A DNA stretch of 48,537 bases. Origin: Ramlibacter sp. Lineage in GTDB: Bacteria; Pseudomonadota; Gammaproteobacteria; Burkholderiales; Burkholderiaceae_C. Shown here in pieces: positions 8,956 to 19,846 of this stretch. Every line of letters starts with the position of its first letter. Position 1 is the first letter of the stretch. The stretch spans positions 1 through 48,537 of the forward strand of contig JBDSWB010000049.1 in assembly GCA_039926915.1 (NCBI GenBank). Reading direction: 5' to 3'. The notes below the pieces were generated by a model. That model was not told the origin of the DNA, made no database searches, and worked only from the letters and a program-made list of their open reading frames with translations. The translations under genes were made by a program, and so were the position numbers.

Positions 8956-9663
8956 ATGATGGGGCGGTTGCGGTTGCATTTTCTCAATGCCTGCGCGGTG
9001 CTGGCCTGGGCGGCGCTGGCGCCGTTGAAGTGCGCGGCGCAAGGCGCCGAAGTTACCTTCGACACGAGCGCCGGCAACCTGATGGTGGTGCTGCGCGAAT
9101 CACGCGGGGAGAACAAGCAGGACGAATCGCTGCAGCCCTTCGGCAAGGTGAAGGCCACCCTGTCCGACGGCCGCAGCATCGAACTGGAGACCAGCTGGTT
9201 TCAGTACCTGGGCGACATGCACGTCCGCCTCGTGTTCGACGGCGGCCAGACCATCCAGAGTGCCTCGCCCGAAGACCTGGCGAGGCTGCGACTGACTCCG
9301 GATGAAGCGCTGAAGCTGGCCATAGCCAATTTGCGCCGCGTCTACGGGGCACCCGATGTGCAGCCCTGGAGCGGCAAACTGATGCAGGTCCAGGGCGGCG
9401 CGACCGATTTCAACAGCAGCTATTTCCTGGACCGGGATTTCTGGCGCGATTTGCAGACGCACTTTCCCGAGGGACTTGTGGTGGCCGTGCCACGCCGTGG
9501 CGGTCTGGTCTACGCGTCAGTGGCCGACGAAGCCGCCGTGTCCGACCTGCGATTCAGCGTCGCGGCCCTGTACGCCGGCGGGCCGGGCGCCCGGCTCTCG
9601 TCCGCTCTTTACCTGTTCAAGAACGGACGCTGGTCGGTTTTCCAAGCGGCCCAAGCGCACTAG
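8956..9663 (+). CDS. Exported hypothetical protein, DUF1444/YtpQ-like
   Basis: Signal-peptide-like N-terminus. The pattern GDMHVRLVFD...EDLARL...A..LA.ANL...SSYFL...LVVAVP...LS..LY resembles DUF1444 (from memory). Confidence 0.6.
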   Translation: MMGRLRLHFLNACAVLAWAALAPLKCAAQGAEVTFDTSAGNLMVVLRESRGENKQDESLQPFGKVKATLSDGRSIELETSWFQYLGDMHVRLVFDGGQTIQSASPEDLARLRLTPDEALKLAIANLRRVYGAPDVQPWSGKLMQVQGGATDFNSSYFLDRDFWRDLQTHFPEGLVVAVPRRGGLVYASVADEAAVSDLRFSVAALYAGGPGARLSSALYLFKNGRWSVFQAAQAH

Positions 9664-9702
9664 GGCCGGTACTTCCAGCCCGGCGTTGCATTGGCATCCT
9701 CC

Positions 9703-10335
9703 TCAGTACGACACCGAGTACCGGGACCCGCGAAAACTCAGTAACGCCGACTTGGCCCGGATCTCCTGGAGCACCAACCCCGGTCCCAGCTCTGCGCCTT
9801 CACTGAAGACCTGGCCATTTACGATCAGCATGCGTTGACCAGGATTGACGGAGTAGACGCCACCCGTGACCACCACCTTGGGCGCGTCGGGCGGCAAGCC
9901 CGTCGCGGCCGCAGTTGCAACCGGAAGCGCAGGCGGTGAGGTCTTCGATGGCGGTGCGGGAGCGATCGTGGATGGGGTCGCGCGTGAGTCGACCGGCCGG
10001 GGCTGAGTGGCAGCTGCGGGCGGTAGCGGCGGTAACACGGCGGTGGCCACCGGCGGCGAAGGAGCAAAAGGCACGATCACGGGGGCTGGCGCAGGCGCGG
10101 CCACTGCGTTCCCGACTCGAGGTGGCGCGGCAGGTTCGCTCCTGCTGAAATACCAACCCGCCCCGGCCGTTGCGGCGACCACCGCCACGCCTGCGATCCG
10201 CATCCTGGCATTCCATCGTGCATGTGCGGTGCCGGCGCCTTCACCCAGCCGTGCGGGCTGCGCGTGGATGCCCAGGGCCGGATCGCGTTGGCGCTGGGCA
10301 TCGGCTTTACGAAGGGCGTCGAGGATGTAGGACAT
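9703..10335 (-). CDS. gspB: General secretion pathway protein GspB/ExeB
   Basis: Diagnostic start MSYILDALRKADAQR, single TM segment, Pro-rich linker, C-terminal VYS...RMLIVNGQVFSEG domain. Confidence 0.85.
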   Translation of the reverse strand: MSYILDALRKADAQRQRDPALGIHAQPARLGEGAGTAHARWNARMRIAGVAVVAATAGAGWYFSRSEPAAPPRVGNAVAAPAPAPVIVPFAPSPPVATAVLPPLPPAAATQPRPVDSRATPSTIAPAPPSKTSPPALPVATAAATGLPPDAPKVVVTGGVYSVNPGQRMLIVNGQVFSEGAELGPGLVLQEIRAKSALLSFRGSRYSVSY

Positions 10336-10357
10336 GGGGCGAGCCGGCGTTGATCGC

Positions 10358-11992
10358 CTACGGTTGGGTGCGCAGCCGCGGTTCTTCGACTCCGGCCACA
10401 CGATTGAGTTGCATCAAGGTCATCGGTCCCGGCTGGCCGTCCACCACCAGGCCCTGCGACAACTGGAATGCGCGCAAACGCGTCTTGAATTCGGCATCGC
10501 GCGCGCGGCGCGCATTCGAGACAGCAGCTTGCGCGCCATCGACTCCTGGCAAGTGCCGGGCCATCCAATCCAGCGTCTCCGCGCCCTGCGTGGCGCCGGC
10601 ACCCGCGCGATAACCCGGCGGCGTTCGCCACAGCGTGGCGAAGTCGCCACGCCAGCGCGCCGCCAAGGCGCCAAGCGACACGGTCTGCTCCGAATCCCCG
10701 CTGCGCAGCGTCGCCGTCTCGCGCGTCAATCCGGTGAGCACGGCATAACCCGGCTTCGTGGTTTGCGCATCCAGCGTGACGATGCCAGGCCGGCCCAATT
10801 CCCGGATCAGGGCCAAGCTGAGGTTCCGGCGGAAGCACTGGGCCTGCTCGCTTTGCACCTCAATGCAAGGATCGCCTTCGCCCGATGACAGCTTCCACAG
10901 GCCTGCCAGCTCGCGCCACGCCTGATTCGGATCGTGCAGCAGTTGCGCCGTCGCGCTGGACGCGGCCGCTTGCGGCGCGGAGGCCGCAGCGGCAGCCGGA
11001 GGAGCCGGAGCAGTCGCGGCGCGCACGGCTGCGGGCGCGGATTTCGGCGCGACCCGGGCGAGCGGCTGCGGCTCGGACGGCCGCGACAAGAAGGCGAAGA
11101 GTGCGGCGCCCGCGACCAGCCCGAGCGCCAGCACGCCGGCCGTCCGGTAGCCGCCGCGTGCTGCGGGAGCCGGCGCGTCGAACACTTCGGTGGCGGCCTT
11201 CTCGACCGTCGCCCGGTCCACTGCCGCAAGGCCATGGGCGAACGCGCCGAGCAACGCGCGGTCGCACAGCAGGTTGATCCGCCGTGGCACGCCTCGCGCG
11301 AGCTGGTGCACGCGCTCCATCGCCTTGCGATCGAATGGAAGCGGCCGGCTCAGGCCCGCCACTTCGAGTCGGTGCCGAATGTATTGGCCCGTCTCTGCCG
11401 GGCTCAATGCGTCAAGGTGGTAGCGCGCGATGACGCGCTGAGCCAGCTGCTCCAGTTCGGGCCGCGCCAGCATGATTCGAAGTTCTGGCTGGCCGATCAG
11501 GACGATCTGGAGCAGCTTGCGCTCGCGCGTTTCCAGGTTCGTGAGCAAGCGCAGTTGCTCCAGCACTTCCGCCGAGAGGTTCTGCGCCTCGTCGATGATC
11601 AGCACGTTGTTGCGGCCCGCCGCGTGGGCCTGCAACAGGAACTGGTTGAGCGGATCGAGAAAATCCTTGACCGTGGGTTGCGCCCGGCCCTTGTCGGGCA
11701 CCGGGATATGGAACTCTTCGCACACCGACTGGAGCAGCTCGAGCGCCGTCAGCTTGGGGTTGAAGATGTACGCGACGTTGCAATCGGCGGGAATCTGCTC
11801 CAGGAACAGGCGGCACACAGTGGTCTTGCCAGTGCCGATCTCCCCGGACAACAGCACGAAGCCGCCGCCGCCGCCCAGCCCGTACAGCAGGTGGGCCAGC
11901 GCCTCCCGGTGGCGTTCGCTCATGAACAGGTAGCGCGGATCGGGGGCGATCGAGAACGGCTCGTGTTTCAGGCCGAAATAGGGCGCATACAT
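10358..11992 (-). CDS. exeA: ExeA/GspA AAA ATPase with C-terminal peptidoglycan-binding domain
   Basis: MY..YFGL..EPFSIAPDPRYL, Walker A GEIGTGKTT, IIDEAQNL, LIGQPEL, GVPRRINLLCD, and a PG-binding FQ..QGL.VDG..GP.T. Confidence 0.92.
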   Translation of the reverse strand: MYAPYFGLKHEPFSIAPDPRYLFMSERHREALAHLLYGLGGGGGFVLLSGEIGTGKTTVCRLFLEQIPADCNVAYIFNPKLTALELLQSVCEEFHIPVPDKGRAQPTVKDFLDPLNQFLLQAHAAGRNNVLIIDEAQNLSAEVLEQLRLLTNLETRERKLLQIVLIGQPELRIMLARPELEQLAQRVIARYHLDALSPAETGQYIRHRLEVAGLSRPLPFDRKAMERVHQLARGVPRRINLLCDRALLGAFAHGLAAVDRATVEKAATEVFDAPAPAARGGYRTAGVLALGLVAGAALFAFLSRPSEPQPLARVAPKSAPAAVRAATAPAPPAAAAASAPQAAASSATAQLLHDPNQAWRELAGLWKLSSGEGDPCIEVQSEQAQCFRRNLSLALIRELGRPGIVTLDAQTTKPGYAVLTGLTRETATLRSGDSEQTVSLGALAARWRGDFATLWRTPPGYRAGAGATQGAETLDWMARHLPGVDGAQAAVSNARRARDAEFKTRLRAFQLSQGLVVDGQPGPMTLMQLNRVAGVEEPRLRTQP

Positions 11993-12041
11993 TGCGCGAA
12001 GGATACCGGAGCCCCCTGCCCAGCGCGGAACGGGGTCGGAA

Positions 12042-13277
12042 TCAGCCCGGCGCCACGACCAGGGTGCGCCGGACCCGGCGCACGTTGAAGGCGCTGGTGA
12101 TCAGCACTGCCTGGGTGAACACCAGCCCCAGCCAGACACCCCGGTATTGCTGGTGGTCCATCATTGCGCCGAAGATCAGCGGCGAGATCGCCTGCCCGAT
12201 GTCCAGGCCCGAATAGACTACGCCGTAGACGCGCCCGGTGGCGTTGTCAGGTGTTGACTTCTTGACCAGCAGGTCACGCGACGGCCCGGCGATGCCACTC
12301 GCAAAGCCCATCATGCCGAACAGCGCGGGCACGGCCAGCGCTGGCACGGGCGCCAGGCCAATGACCAGCGCAATAGCCGCTGCGGCACCGAAGCCGAGGC
12401 CGACCACGACCTCGCAGCGCGCCGGATTGGACGCGAGAAATCCGCCGAGCAGCATGCCACCGGCGCTGCAGACCATGTACACTGTGAGGCACATGGCCGC
12501 CAGGGCGACGGGAACGCCGTGCAACTGCCGCGCAGCCTCCGGCGCGAAGGCCTGGATCACGCTCAGCACCATCGCGTAGAAAAAGAAGAAGCCGAAGCAC
12601 ATCCAGATCGCGGGGATCCGCAGGAAGTCGAAACTGCCCTCGGCCTGCGGCGCCGACGCCGCGCGCACAGGGGCAGCCGGCAACGCGAGCTTGTGGCGAT
12701 TGAACCAGAGCACGACCAGCACGGCGAATGCCAGCGTGCCCGCGCACATCAACGCGACGCGCCAGGAAAACGCGATGGCCAGGGGCACCAGCAAGGCCGG
12801 CGCCAGCGCCCATCCCAGACTGCCCGTGATGCCGTGAAAGCTGTAGGCATGTCCGAGCCGCGGCGCGCTGACCTTGCGATTGATGAGCGTGTAGTCGACC
12901 GGATGGAAGACGCCGTTGCCCACGCCCGCGACGATGGAGAAAAGCGCCATCGTCCAGTAGTTCGTGCCGAGCGAAAAGCCGAAAGCCGCCACGCCCAGCA
13001 GCGCCAGCCCGCCGAACAGGATGGGACGCGGGCCGTGGCGATCCACGAGGAACCCCGAAGCCGTCTGCACCGCGCAGGACACGACGAAGAACAGCGTCAT
13101 CAGGAAGCCCAGCTCCGTGTAGCTGGCGTCGAAGGCGTCCTTCAGCCAGGGGAAGAGCGGCGCCAGCAGCAGCTGGCTGAAGTGGCTGATCATGTGGGCG
13201 AGACCCACGAGCCCGATCACACCGGCGTCTTCGCGCAGGCTCGCGGGCGGCGGAGTGTCGGCGGCAAGGGCACTCAT
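12042..13277 (-). CDS. MFS transporter (Fsr-like)
   Basis: About 12 hydrophobic segments, GFLVDRHGPRPIL motif A, GNGVFHP motif. Confidence 0.88.
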   Translation of the reverse strand: MSALAADTPPPASLREDAGVIGLVGLAHMISHFSQLLLAPLFPWLKDAFDASYTELGFLMTLFFVVSCAVQTASGFLVDRHGPRPILFGGLALLGVAAFGFSLGTNYWTMALFSIVAGVGNGVFHPVDYTLINRKVSAPRLGHAYSFHGITGSLGWALAPALLVPLAIAFSWRVALMCAGTLAFAVLVVLWFNRHKLALPAAPVRAASAPQAEGSFDFLRIPAIWMCFGFFFFYAMVLSVIQAFAPEAARQLHGVPVALAAMCLTVYMVCSAGGMLLGGFLASNPARCEVVVGLGFGAAAAIALVIGLAPVPALAVPALFGMMGFASGIAGPSRDLLVKKSTPDNATGRVYGVVYSGLDIGQAISPLIFGAMMDHQQYRGVWLGLVFTQAVLITSAFNVRRVRRTLVVAPG

Positions 13278-13369
13278 GAGCCTGATCGTAGCGTGGGCCG
13301 GCCTTTCTGAAATGCGACAGAACGACAGGATTCTGCGAAAATCGGCCAACCCTTTTCCTGGTATCCGCC

Positions 13370-14203
13370 ATGCCTCCCAGGCGCGCTTCGTTGAACCCTG
13401 CCCCCGTGGGCGATACCGACTTCTTCCGGCCCAGCCGCCAGCGCCCGGTGCGCGTGCGCGCGCGGTCGATGGCCGCGGACACTCACTTCGAACCGCACAG
13501 CCATCCGTGGTCCCAGCTGGCGTATTGCGCCAGCGGGATCGTCCAGGTGACGGCCGAGCAGGATGCGCGCACTGGCGACGAGGTCACCTACATCGTCCCG
13601 CCCTCGCGCGCCGTGTGGATCGCGCCTGGGGCCAGGCACTCGGTCCATGTCATCGAGGACGCGCAGTTCCGCACGCTCTACATCGATGCTTCGGTCACCC
13701 CATCCGGCTGGGGCGGCTGCCGCGTCATCGTGGTGTCACCGTTGTTGCGCGAACTGGTGCAGGCCCTCGATGGCGGGCCCCTGCCCCGCGCGCGCGAGGA
13801 ACGCCTCAGCAGCCTGGCGCTCGACGAAATCTCGCAGGCCGACTTGCAGGCGCTGGGGGTGCCGATGCCCCACGCGCAGATCGGCGACAAGCGGTTGCGC
13901 GCACTCTGCGAAGCGGTGCTGCGGGCGCCGTCGCAACGCGCCACACTCGCCGGCTGGGCAGCCGGGGTCGGGGCCAGCGAGCGCACGATGGCACGGCTGT
14001 TTCGCGACGAGCTGGGCACGAGCTACCAGCAATGGCGCCAGCAGGCGATCCTGGCCCATGCACTTCCCCTGCTCGCGCGGGGTGTTCCGGTGAGCCATGT
14101 GGCGGCGTCCAGCGGTTATGCCAGCGACAGCGCTTTCACCGCGATGTTCAAGGCGGCGATGGGCGGGCCGCCCAGTCGCTTCCAGAGCAAGGCCGTTGGC
14201 TGA
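13370..14203 (+). CDS. AraC family regulator (RipA/NimR-like), divergent from the MFS gene
   Basis: Cupin HSHPWSQL and VPPSRAVWI; HTH ASERTMARLF...GYASDSAFTAMFK. Confidence 0.9.
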   Translation: MPPRRASLNPAPVGDTDFFRPSRQRPVRVRARSMAADTHFEPHSHPWSQLAYCASGIVQVTAEQDARTGDEVTYIVPPSRAVWIAPGARHSVHVIEDAQFRTLYIDASVTPSGWGGCRVIVVSPLLRELVQALDGGPLPRAREERLSSLALDEISQADLQALGVPMPHAQIGDKRLRALCEAVLRAPSQRATLAGWAAGVGASERTMARLFRDELGTSYQQWRQQAILAHALPLLARGVPVSHVAASSGYASDSAFTAMFKAAMGGPPSRFQSKAVG

Positions 14204-14211
14204 TCCGGCGC

Positions 14212-15021
14212 CTAAGCGGCTACCTTGATGACCAGGCCGAGCGCGATGCCAAGGGACAACACGGCGAAGCCCTGTTGCAGCCGGGGCCCGGCGAGCCGCG
14301 CGGCGAATGTGCGTCCTACCAGCACGCCGGCGAACGCGCCGGCGGCGAACGGCCACGCCACCCTCCAGGGCATGTAGCCCGCCGCGCCGGCGCTCAACAC
14401 ACCGGCAAGCGACACAAGCGCCACGACACCGAGGGACGTCGCGACGATGGACTTCATCGGGAGGTCGCTGACGGCCCGTAGTGTGGGGACCACGATGAAG
14501 CCGCCGCCGACTCCCAGCAGGCCGGACAGGAAGCCCGCGACCGTGCCCGCCAGCGCCAAGGCCCGGGCACATGCGGCGCACCACTTCAATTTTCCGGTTG
14601 CCGGGTCGAGCCGACAAGGCGGCTCGCGCGCCGGCGCCACCACCTCGCCCCGCAGGTCGCGCGAGGCCTGCATGAACATGCGGACGGCCACTGCGGCCAG
14701 CACCGTCGCAAAGATTGCCGTGAGAGCGCCATTCGGCACGCGCTGGGCCAGCCAGATTCCCCCCGGGCTGGCGAGTGCGCCGACCACCGCCATCAGCCCT
14801 GCTGCCTTGTAGCGCAGCACCTTCGCCCGGTGGCCGAGCAAGGCGCCGGTTGCAGCGGACATGGCGACAGCCAGCAGCCCCACCGGCGCCGCCTGTGCCA
14901 GGCTCATGTCCAGGCCGAACACCAGCAGCGGGACGGCGACGATGGAGCCGCCTGCGCCGGTCAAGGCCAGCACCAGCCCGACCAGCAGCCCCAACGCCGG
15001 TGCAAGCCATGCGAATTCCAT
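14212..15021 (-). CDS. TauE/SafE family sulfite exporter
   Basis: Duplicated GLxG(A/V)GG motifs (LALTGAGGSI, GLLGVGGGFIVVP); hydrophobic throughout. Confidence 0.88.
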   Translation of the reverse strand: MEFAWLAPALGLLVGLVLALTGAGGSIVAVPLLVFGLDMSLAQAAPVGLLAVAMSAATGALLGHRAKVLRYKAAGLMAVVGALASPGGIWLAQRVPNGALTAIFATVLAAVAVRMFMQASRDLRGEVVAPAREPPCRLDPATGKLKWCAACARALALAGTVAGFLSGLLGVGGGFIVVPTLRAVSDLPMKSIVATSLGVVALVSLAGVLSAGAAGYMPWRVAWPFAAGAFAGVLVGRTFAARLAGPRLQQGFAVLSLGIALGLVIKVAA

Positions 15022-15024
15022 GGA

Positions 15025-15462
15025 CTACTCCTGGATCAGGCCGGCGTCCGGGGCCAGCCGCGAACTCATTTCGTGCAATGCCATACCAGCGATCATGGCG
15101 AGCGTGAACACCCAGGCTTGCGGATGGCCCGCGCCGGCGGCCACAAGTGCAGGGCCGGGACAGAAACCCGCCAGCCCCCAACCCACGCCGAACACCACGC
15201 TTCCGACGATCAGGCGGGCATCGACATCGTTACCCGCCGGCAGCTGCATGGCCGAACCCAGGAAGCTGGTGGTCCGCTTGCGCGCGACAGCGAATGCGAA
15301 CACGCCGACTGCGACCGCACCCCCCATGACCAGCGCCAACGAGGGGTCCCATGCACCGGCGAGGTCGAGGAAGCCAATCACCTTGCCGGGATCGGCCATG
15401 CCCGAGAGGAGCAGGCCGACGCCGAACAGCAGGCCGACCAGGAATTCAACGAATCGATTCAT
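15025..15462 (-). CDS. YeeE/YedE family sulfur-transport membrane protein (PmpA/B-type)
   Basis: SGMADPGKVIGFLD...WDPSL and FGVGWGLAGFCPGP motifs. Confidence 0.88.
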   Translation of the reverse strand: MNRFVEFLVGLLFGVGLLLSGMADPGKVIGFLDLAGAWDPSLALVMGGAVAVGVFAFAVARKRTTSFLGSAMQLPAGNDVDARLIVGSVVFGVGWGLAGFCPGPALVAAGAGHPQAWVFTLAMIAGMALHEMSSRLAPDAGLIQE

Positions 15463-15475
15463 GGCGACGTTCCTT

Positions 15476-15907
15476 TCAATCCAGCAAATGGCGCATGACG
15501 AACACCGTGGCGAATCCCGCCGCCATGAAGGTCAGCGTGGCCACCAGCGAACGCGGCGACATACGCGACACGCCGCACACGCCGTGGCCGCTCGTGCATC
15601 CCGAGCCGTAGCGTGTGCCCCACCCCACCACCAGGCCCGCGACGACCAGCATGGCCCAGCTGGTGTCAATGCGGAATTCCGCCGCCGGCGCGAAGAGACG
15701 CCACAGCATGGGCGCAGCGACCAGTCCGGCGATGAAGGCCAGGCGCCAGCCGGTGTCGCCCGTCCGCGGCCTGACCAGCCCTCCCAGAATGCCGCTGATG
15801 CCCAGGACGCGGCCATTCAGCAGGATGAACATCGCGCAGGCCAGGCCGATCAGGACGCCACCCGCTAGCGACGTCCATGGCGTGAAATGAATCCAGTCGA
15901 GTGTCAT
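15476..15907 (-). CDS. YeeE/YedE family sulfur-transport membrane protein (PmpA/B-type)
   Basis: GRVLGISG and [16 protein letters not shown]...SPRS motifs. Confidence 0.9.
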   Translation of the reverse strand: MTLDWIHFTPWTSLAGGVLIGLACAMFILLNGRVLGISGILGGLVRPRTGDTGWRLAFIAGLVAAPMLWRLFAPAAEFRIDTSWAMLVVAGLVVGWGTRYGSGCTSGHGVCGVSRMSPRSLVATLTFMAAGFATVFVMRHLLD

Positions 15908-15911
15908 GGCA

Positions 15912-17282
15912 TCAGCTCCACAGATCCGTCATTGCACTTGCGAACGCATCGCGATCACGCTGTGCCGGCTTGTTCGCAGGCCGGCCCGCGACAAAAGTCT
16001 GGCTGAGCGCCGCGCCTGGACTCGAAAACACCAGCGCATCAAGCAGGTGATCCGAAGGCACGCCCAGGAGGGCCGGCGAGTCGGGGTCGACCACCACGAA
16101 GTCGGCCCGCTGCCCGGGCGCCAGCCCACCCAGGGGCAAGCCTGCGGCTGCAGTTCCGCCTTCCAGTGCGCCCTGGAACAAGGCCGTCGCGCTGCTCTCG
16201 CAGAGGGCCGCGCGGGCCGCGACGTTGCGCTGGCGCAAGCCGAGACGCTGCGAATACTCCAGTAGCCGCAATTCTTCCTGCCAGCTGCGTGTGACGTGGC
16301 TGTCCGACCCGATGGCCCAGCTCCCGCTCTGCCCCATCCAGGTCGGCAGGTCGAAGATGCCGTCACCCAGGTTCGCCTCGGTACTGGGGCACAGCACGAT
16401 GGAGGCGCCGTGGCGGCGTACGCCTTCCAGCTCGGACGGTGTGCATTGCGTCGCGTGCACCAGGTTCCAGCGCGCATCCACGGCCGCCTTCTCCAGCAAC
16501 CATTCGACGGGCCGCCGTCCATGGCGGGCGATGCAGTCTTCCACCTCGAGCCGCTGCTCGGCAATGTGGATGTGGATCGGCGCGCCCGACGCAGCTCCCG
16601 CCGCGACTTCCAGCATCGCGGCTTCGTCTACCGCCCGCAGGGAATGAATGGCGACTCCCGCTGTGACACTGCCGTCGTCGCCGGCTTGCCGGGAAATCGA
16701 TTCGGCCAGCCGCAACACGGATTCCGGCGTCGAGGCAAACCTGCGCTGGTCCTTGCGCAGGCCCTTCGCCTCGAAGCCCGATCGCATATAGAGCGTGGGC
16801 AGCAGGGTGAGGCCGATTCCTGCACGCCGCGCGGCGCGCACCAGCGCCAGCGACATCTCCGCAGGGTCCGCGTACGGCCTGCCGTCGACGCCGTTGTGCA
16901 GGTAGTGGAACTCGCAGACCTGCGTGTAGCCCGCGTCCAGCAGCTCGGCATACAGGTGGGCCGCGATCGCCTCGATCTGTTCCGGCGTAATGCGGTTCGC
17001 GACGCTGTACATGCGGTCGCGCCAGCGCCAGAAATCGTCCTCAGCGCCCGCGCTGCGCTCGGTCAGGCCGGCGATGGCACGCTGGAAGGCATGGCTGTGG
17101 GCATTCACCAGGCCGGGCAGCACGGCCCCGGCGATTCGCTGCGCTCCTTGGCGCGACTCGATGGGGGCGTCCGGAACGATGTCAAACCAGCGCCCGTCCG
17201 CGCTCGCCACCAGCAGGACGTCCTGGCGCCAGCGACCGTCGATCCACGCCGAGGCCGCAAGGAAACGCTGCTCAGCGGCCAT
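15912..17282 (-). CDS. hutF: Formimidoylglutamate deiminase
   Basis: [45 protein letters not shown]; hut context. Confidence 0.93.
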   Translation of the reverse strand: MAAEQRFLAASAWIDGRWRQDVLLVASADGRWFDIVPDAPIESRQGAQRIAGAVLPGLVNAHSHAFQRAIAGLTERSAGAEDDFWRWRDRMYSVANRITPEQIEAIAAHLYAELLDAGYTQVCEFHYLHNGVDGRPYADPAEMSLALVRAARRAGIGLTLLPTLYMRSGFEAKGLRKDQRRFASTPESVLRLAESISRQAGDDGSVTAGVAIHSLRAVDEAAMLEVAAGAASGAPIHIHIAEQRLEVEDCIARHGRRPVEWLLEKAAVDARWNLVHATQCTPSELEGVRRHGASIVLCPSTEANLGDGIFDLPTWMGQSGSWAIGSDSHVTRSWQEELRLLEYSQRLGLRQRNVAARAALCESSATALFQGALEGGTAAAGLPLGGLAPGQRADFVVVDPDSPALLGVPSDHLLDALVFSSPGAALSQTFVAGRPANKPAQRDRDAFASAMTDLWS

Positions 17283-18072
17283 ACAGCGTCCGGCACGCGG
17301 CCAGCGCCGCTTCCATCATCTCCCGGACGACTGGTCGCGTGGTTGCCGCGAACGCCTCGTCGAAAGCGTAAGGCGGCGCTTCGCCCATGTAGAGGCTCTG
17401 GCACTTCTCCAGCTGCACCGCATGAACGTGCACCGACGGATCGCCATAGTGGCGGGTGATGTAGCCGCCCTTGAACCTGCCGTTGAGCACATGGCTGGCT
17501 TCGGGATGGCGCGACGCCGCTTCGCTGACGGCACCTGCAATCGATGGGTGCGCGCTGGCCCCCGCCGCGGTCCCGATGTTCAGGTCGGGCAGCCTGCCTT
17601 CGAAGAGCCAGGGCACGCGGGATCGGATGCTGTGTGCGTCCCACAGCAAAGCGAAGCCGTGCAGGGACTTGATTCGCCCAAGCTCCGTGCGCAATGCCTC
17701 GTGGTACGGGCGCCAGTAGATCTCGCGCCGGCTCTGGCGCTCGGCAGGCGAAGGCGCCTGGCCTTCGCGGTACAGCGGATCGCCCGTGAAGAATCGCGTC
17801 GGACACAGTTCGGTGTTCGACGCCCCCGGGTACATCGGTGCGTCATCGGGCGGTCGGTTCAGGTCGATCAGGTAGCGCGAGAAGCGCGGCTGCAGCACCG
17901 ACGCGCCCATCTCGGGCAGCCAGTCGTAGAGCAGGGCCAGGTGCCAGTCCGTGTCCTCCACGCCCAGCGCCCTCGGCACATAGCGGTCACGCAGGTCGTC
18001 CGGGACTTCGGTGCCCACATGCGGCATGCTCACCAGCAGCGGCGCCGTGCCCGCGACCCGTGTGAAACTCAT
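17272..18072 (-). CDS. hutG: N-formylglutamate deformylase
   Basis: [49 protein letters not shown] at 18072 overlaps the hutI stop. Confidence 0.92.
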   Translation of the reverse strand: MSFTRVAGTAPLLVSMPHVGTEVPDDLRDRYVPRALGVEDTDWHLALLYDWLPEMGASVLQPRFSRYLIDLNRPPDDAPMYPGASNTELCPTRFFTGDPLYREGQAPSPAERQSRREIYWRPYHEALRTELGRIKSLHGFALLWDAHSIRSRVPWLFEGRLPDLNIGTAAGASAHPSIAGAVSEAASRHPEASHVLNGRFKGGYITRHYGDPSVHVHAVQLEKCQSLYMGEAPPYAFDEAFAATTRPVVREMMEAALAACRTLYGR

Positions 18073-19292
18073 AGCGGACGCCCTCCGAAAACAGTTTGCA
18101 AGCACGGGTTGAAGCCCATGGCGTAACTCAGTTGTGCGGGCTCCCGCACATCCCAAAGCACGAAGTCCGCACGAAGTCCCGCCGCCAGCACCCCACGATC
18201 GTTCATCCCCAATGCCCGCGCCGCATTGCGCGTCACGCCGGCCAGGGCTTCGTCGGGCGTCATGCGAAACAGCGTGCAAGCCATGTTCAGCATCAGCAAC
18301 AAGGAGGTGCAGGGCGAACTGCCGGGATTGCAATCGGTGGACACCGCCATCGGCACGCGGTGGCTGCGCAGAAGATCCACCGGCGGCACGTGGGTGTCGC
18401 GCAGGAAATAAAACGCGCCGGGCAAGAGGACCGCGACCGAGCCCGCCTTCGCCATGGCGGCAGCGCCTTCCTCGCCGAGCCACTCAAGGTGGTCGCAACT
18501 GAGGGCCCCATGGCGCGCGGCCAACTGGGCGCCGCCGCTGTCACTGAGCTGCTCGGCATGCAGTTTCACCGGCAGTCCCAGGTCGCCAGCTGCCCGGAAA
18601 ACCCGCTCCGTCTGGTCCGTGCTGAACGCGATGCGCTCGCAGAAGGCATCGACCGCGTCGACCAGGCCCTCCTCATGCAACAGCGGCAGCATCCGAACGA
18701 CTTCGTCGATGTAGGCATCGGCGCGCCCCGCGAATTCAGGCGGCAGCGCGTGCGCACCCAGAAAGGTCGTGCGAACCTGCACGGGTTCCTGCTGGCCCAG
18801 CGACCTCGCGACGCGCAAACACTTGGCCTCGTGTTCCAGCGACAGGCCGTAGCCCGATTTGATTTCTACCGTGGTCACGCCTTCCCGCATCAGCGCGTGA
18901 AGGCGCGGCAGGCTTTGCGCCCGCAGCTCGGCCGGGCTCGCCGCGCGCGTGGCCTTCACCGTCGAAGCGATGCCGCCTCCTGCCCGAGCAATGTCCTCGT
19001 AGCTCGCACCGCCAAGGCGCAGCTCGAACTCATGTGCCCGATCACCGCCATGAACCAGGTGCGTGTGGCAATCGATCAGGCCAGGGGTGAGCAGGGCGCC
19101 ACCGGCGTCGTGATGCTGCGTGCATCCGTCGGCCAGTTCTTGCGGCAAGTCCTGGCGCGCGCCGATCCAGGCGATGCGATCGCTCTCGACCACGATCGCC
19201 GCGTCCTCGACCAGCCCGTAGGGCACGCTGGTCCCCGTCTGCATCGTCGCCGCGCGGCAACCCGTCCAGAGTTGGGTGGCGTTGGACGCCAT
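18069..19292 (-). CDS. hutI: Imidazolonepropionase
   Basis: [41 protein letters not shown]. Confidence 0.95.
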   Translation of the reverse strand: MASNATQLWTGCRAATMQTGTSVPYGLVEDAAIVVESDRIAWIGARQDLPQELADGCTQHHDAGGALLTPGLIDCHTHLVHGGDRAHEFELRLGGASYEDIARAGGGIASTVKATRAASPAELRAQSLPRLHALMREGVTTVEIKSGYGLSLEHEAKCLRVARSLGQQEPVQVRTTFLGAHALPPEFAGRADAYIDEVVRMLPLLHEEGLVDAVDAFCERIAFSTDQTERVFRAAGDLGLPVKLHAEQLSDSGGAQLAARHGALSCDHLEWLGEEGAAAMAKAGSVAVLLPGAFYFLRDTHVPPVDLLRSHRVPMAVSTDCNPGSSPCTSLLLMLNMACTLFRMTPDEALAGVTRNAARALGMNDRGVLAAGLRADFVLWDVREPAQLSYAMGFNPCLQTVFGGRPL

Positions 19293-19846
19293 CACGGCGA
19301 AATCTCCATCCACAATCCGTTGCGGACGCGGACTTCCACCCGCCCCCCGAGGTCCAGGTGGCGCCACGCCAGCGTGTTCGCAGCGAGTTCGACCGTGTTG
19401 CCTTCGAAGGTGGCACTGGCCGGCGCCGAACCCGACCACAACGCGACGGCCCCGCCCGAGCACACGGCCTTGGCCACCGCGCCGTCGACGCGCTCCATCA
19501 GGCCGCGCCCCTGGTTGATCATCAAGTTGAAGTCTCGCGTCGGCCCGGCCGCCAGACTGCAATGGGTCTGCGAGCTGCCATCGAACGCCAGTGGGGGCGA
19601 CTCCGCTGTCAAGCCATGGCCCACTCCATTGATGTCGAGCGTCACGCCTGCGCCAGACAGCACGACGAACCAGCGCCGCACCCCATCGAAGCAGGAAAAC
19701 GGCCCGTCGTGCTCGATGTCGGCCACCGACAGCCGCCAGTGCCAGTGCTCGCGCACCGGAAACACCACCAGTTCGCGCGTCGTCCCGCCCCCATTGCGCC
19801 AGGGCGTGGGAGCGACGTTGTCGAGCGAGATGCGGTGCCAACTCAT
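19292..19846 (-). CDS. hutD: HutD/Ves family protein
   Basis: [20 protein letters not shown]...[13 protein letters not shown]. Confidence 0.9.
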   Translation of the reverse strand: MSWHRISLDNVAPTPWRNGGGTTRELVVFPVREHWHWRLSVADIEHDGPFSCFDGVRRWFVVLSGAGVTLDINGVGHGLTAESPPLAFDGSSQTHCSLAAGPTRDFNLMINQGRGLMERVDGAVAKAVCSGGAVALWSGSAPASATFEGNTVELAANTLAWRHLDLGGRVEVRVRNGLWMEISP

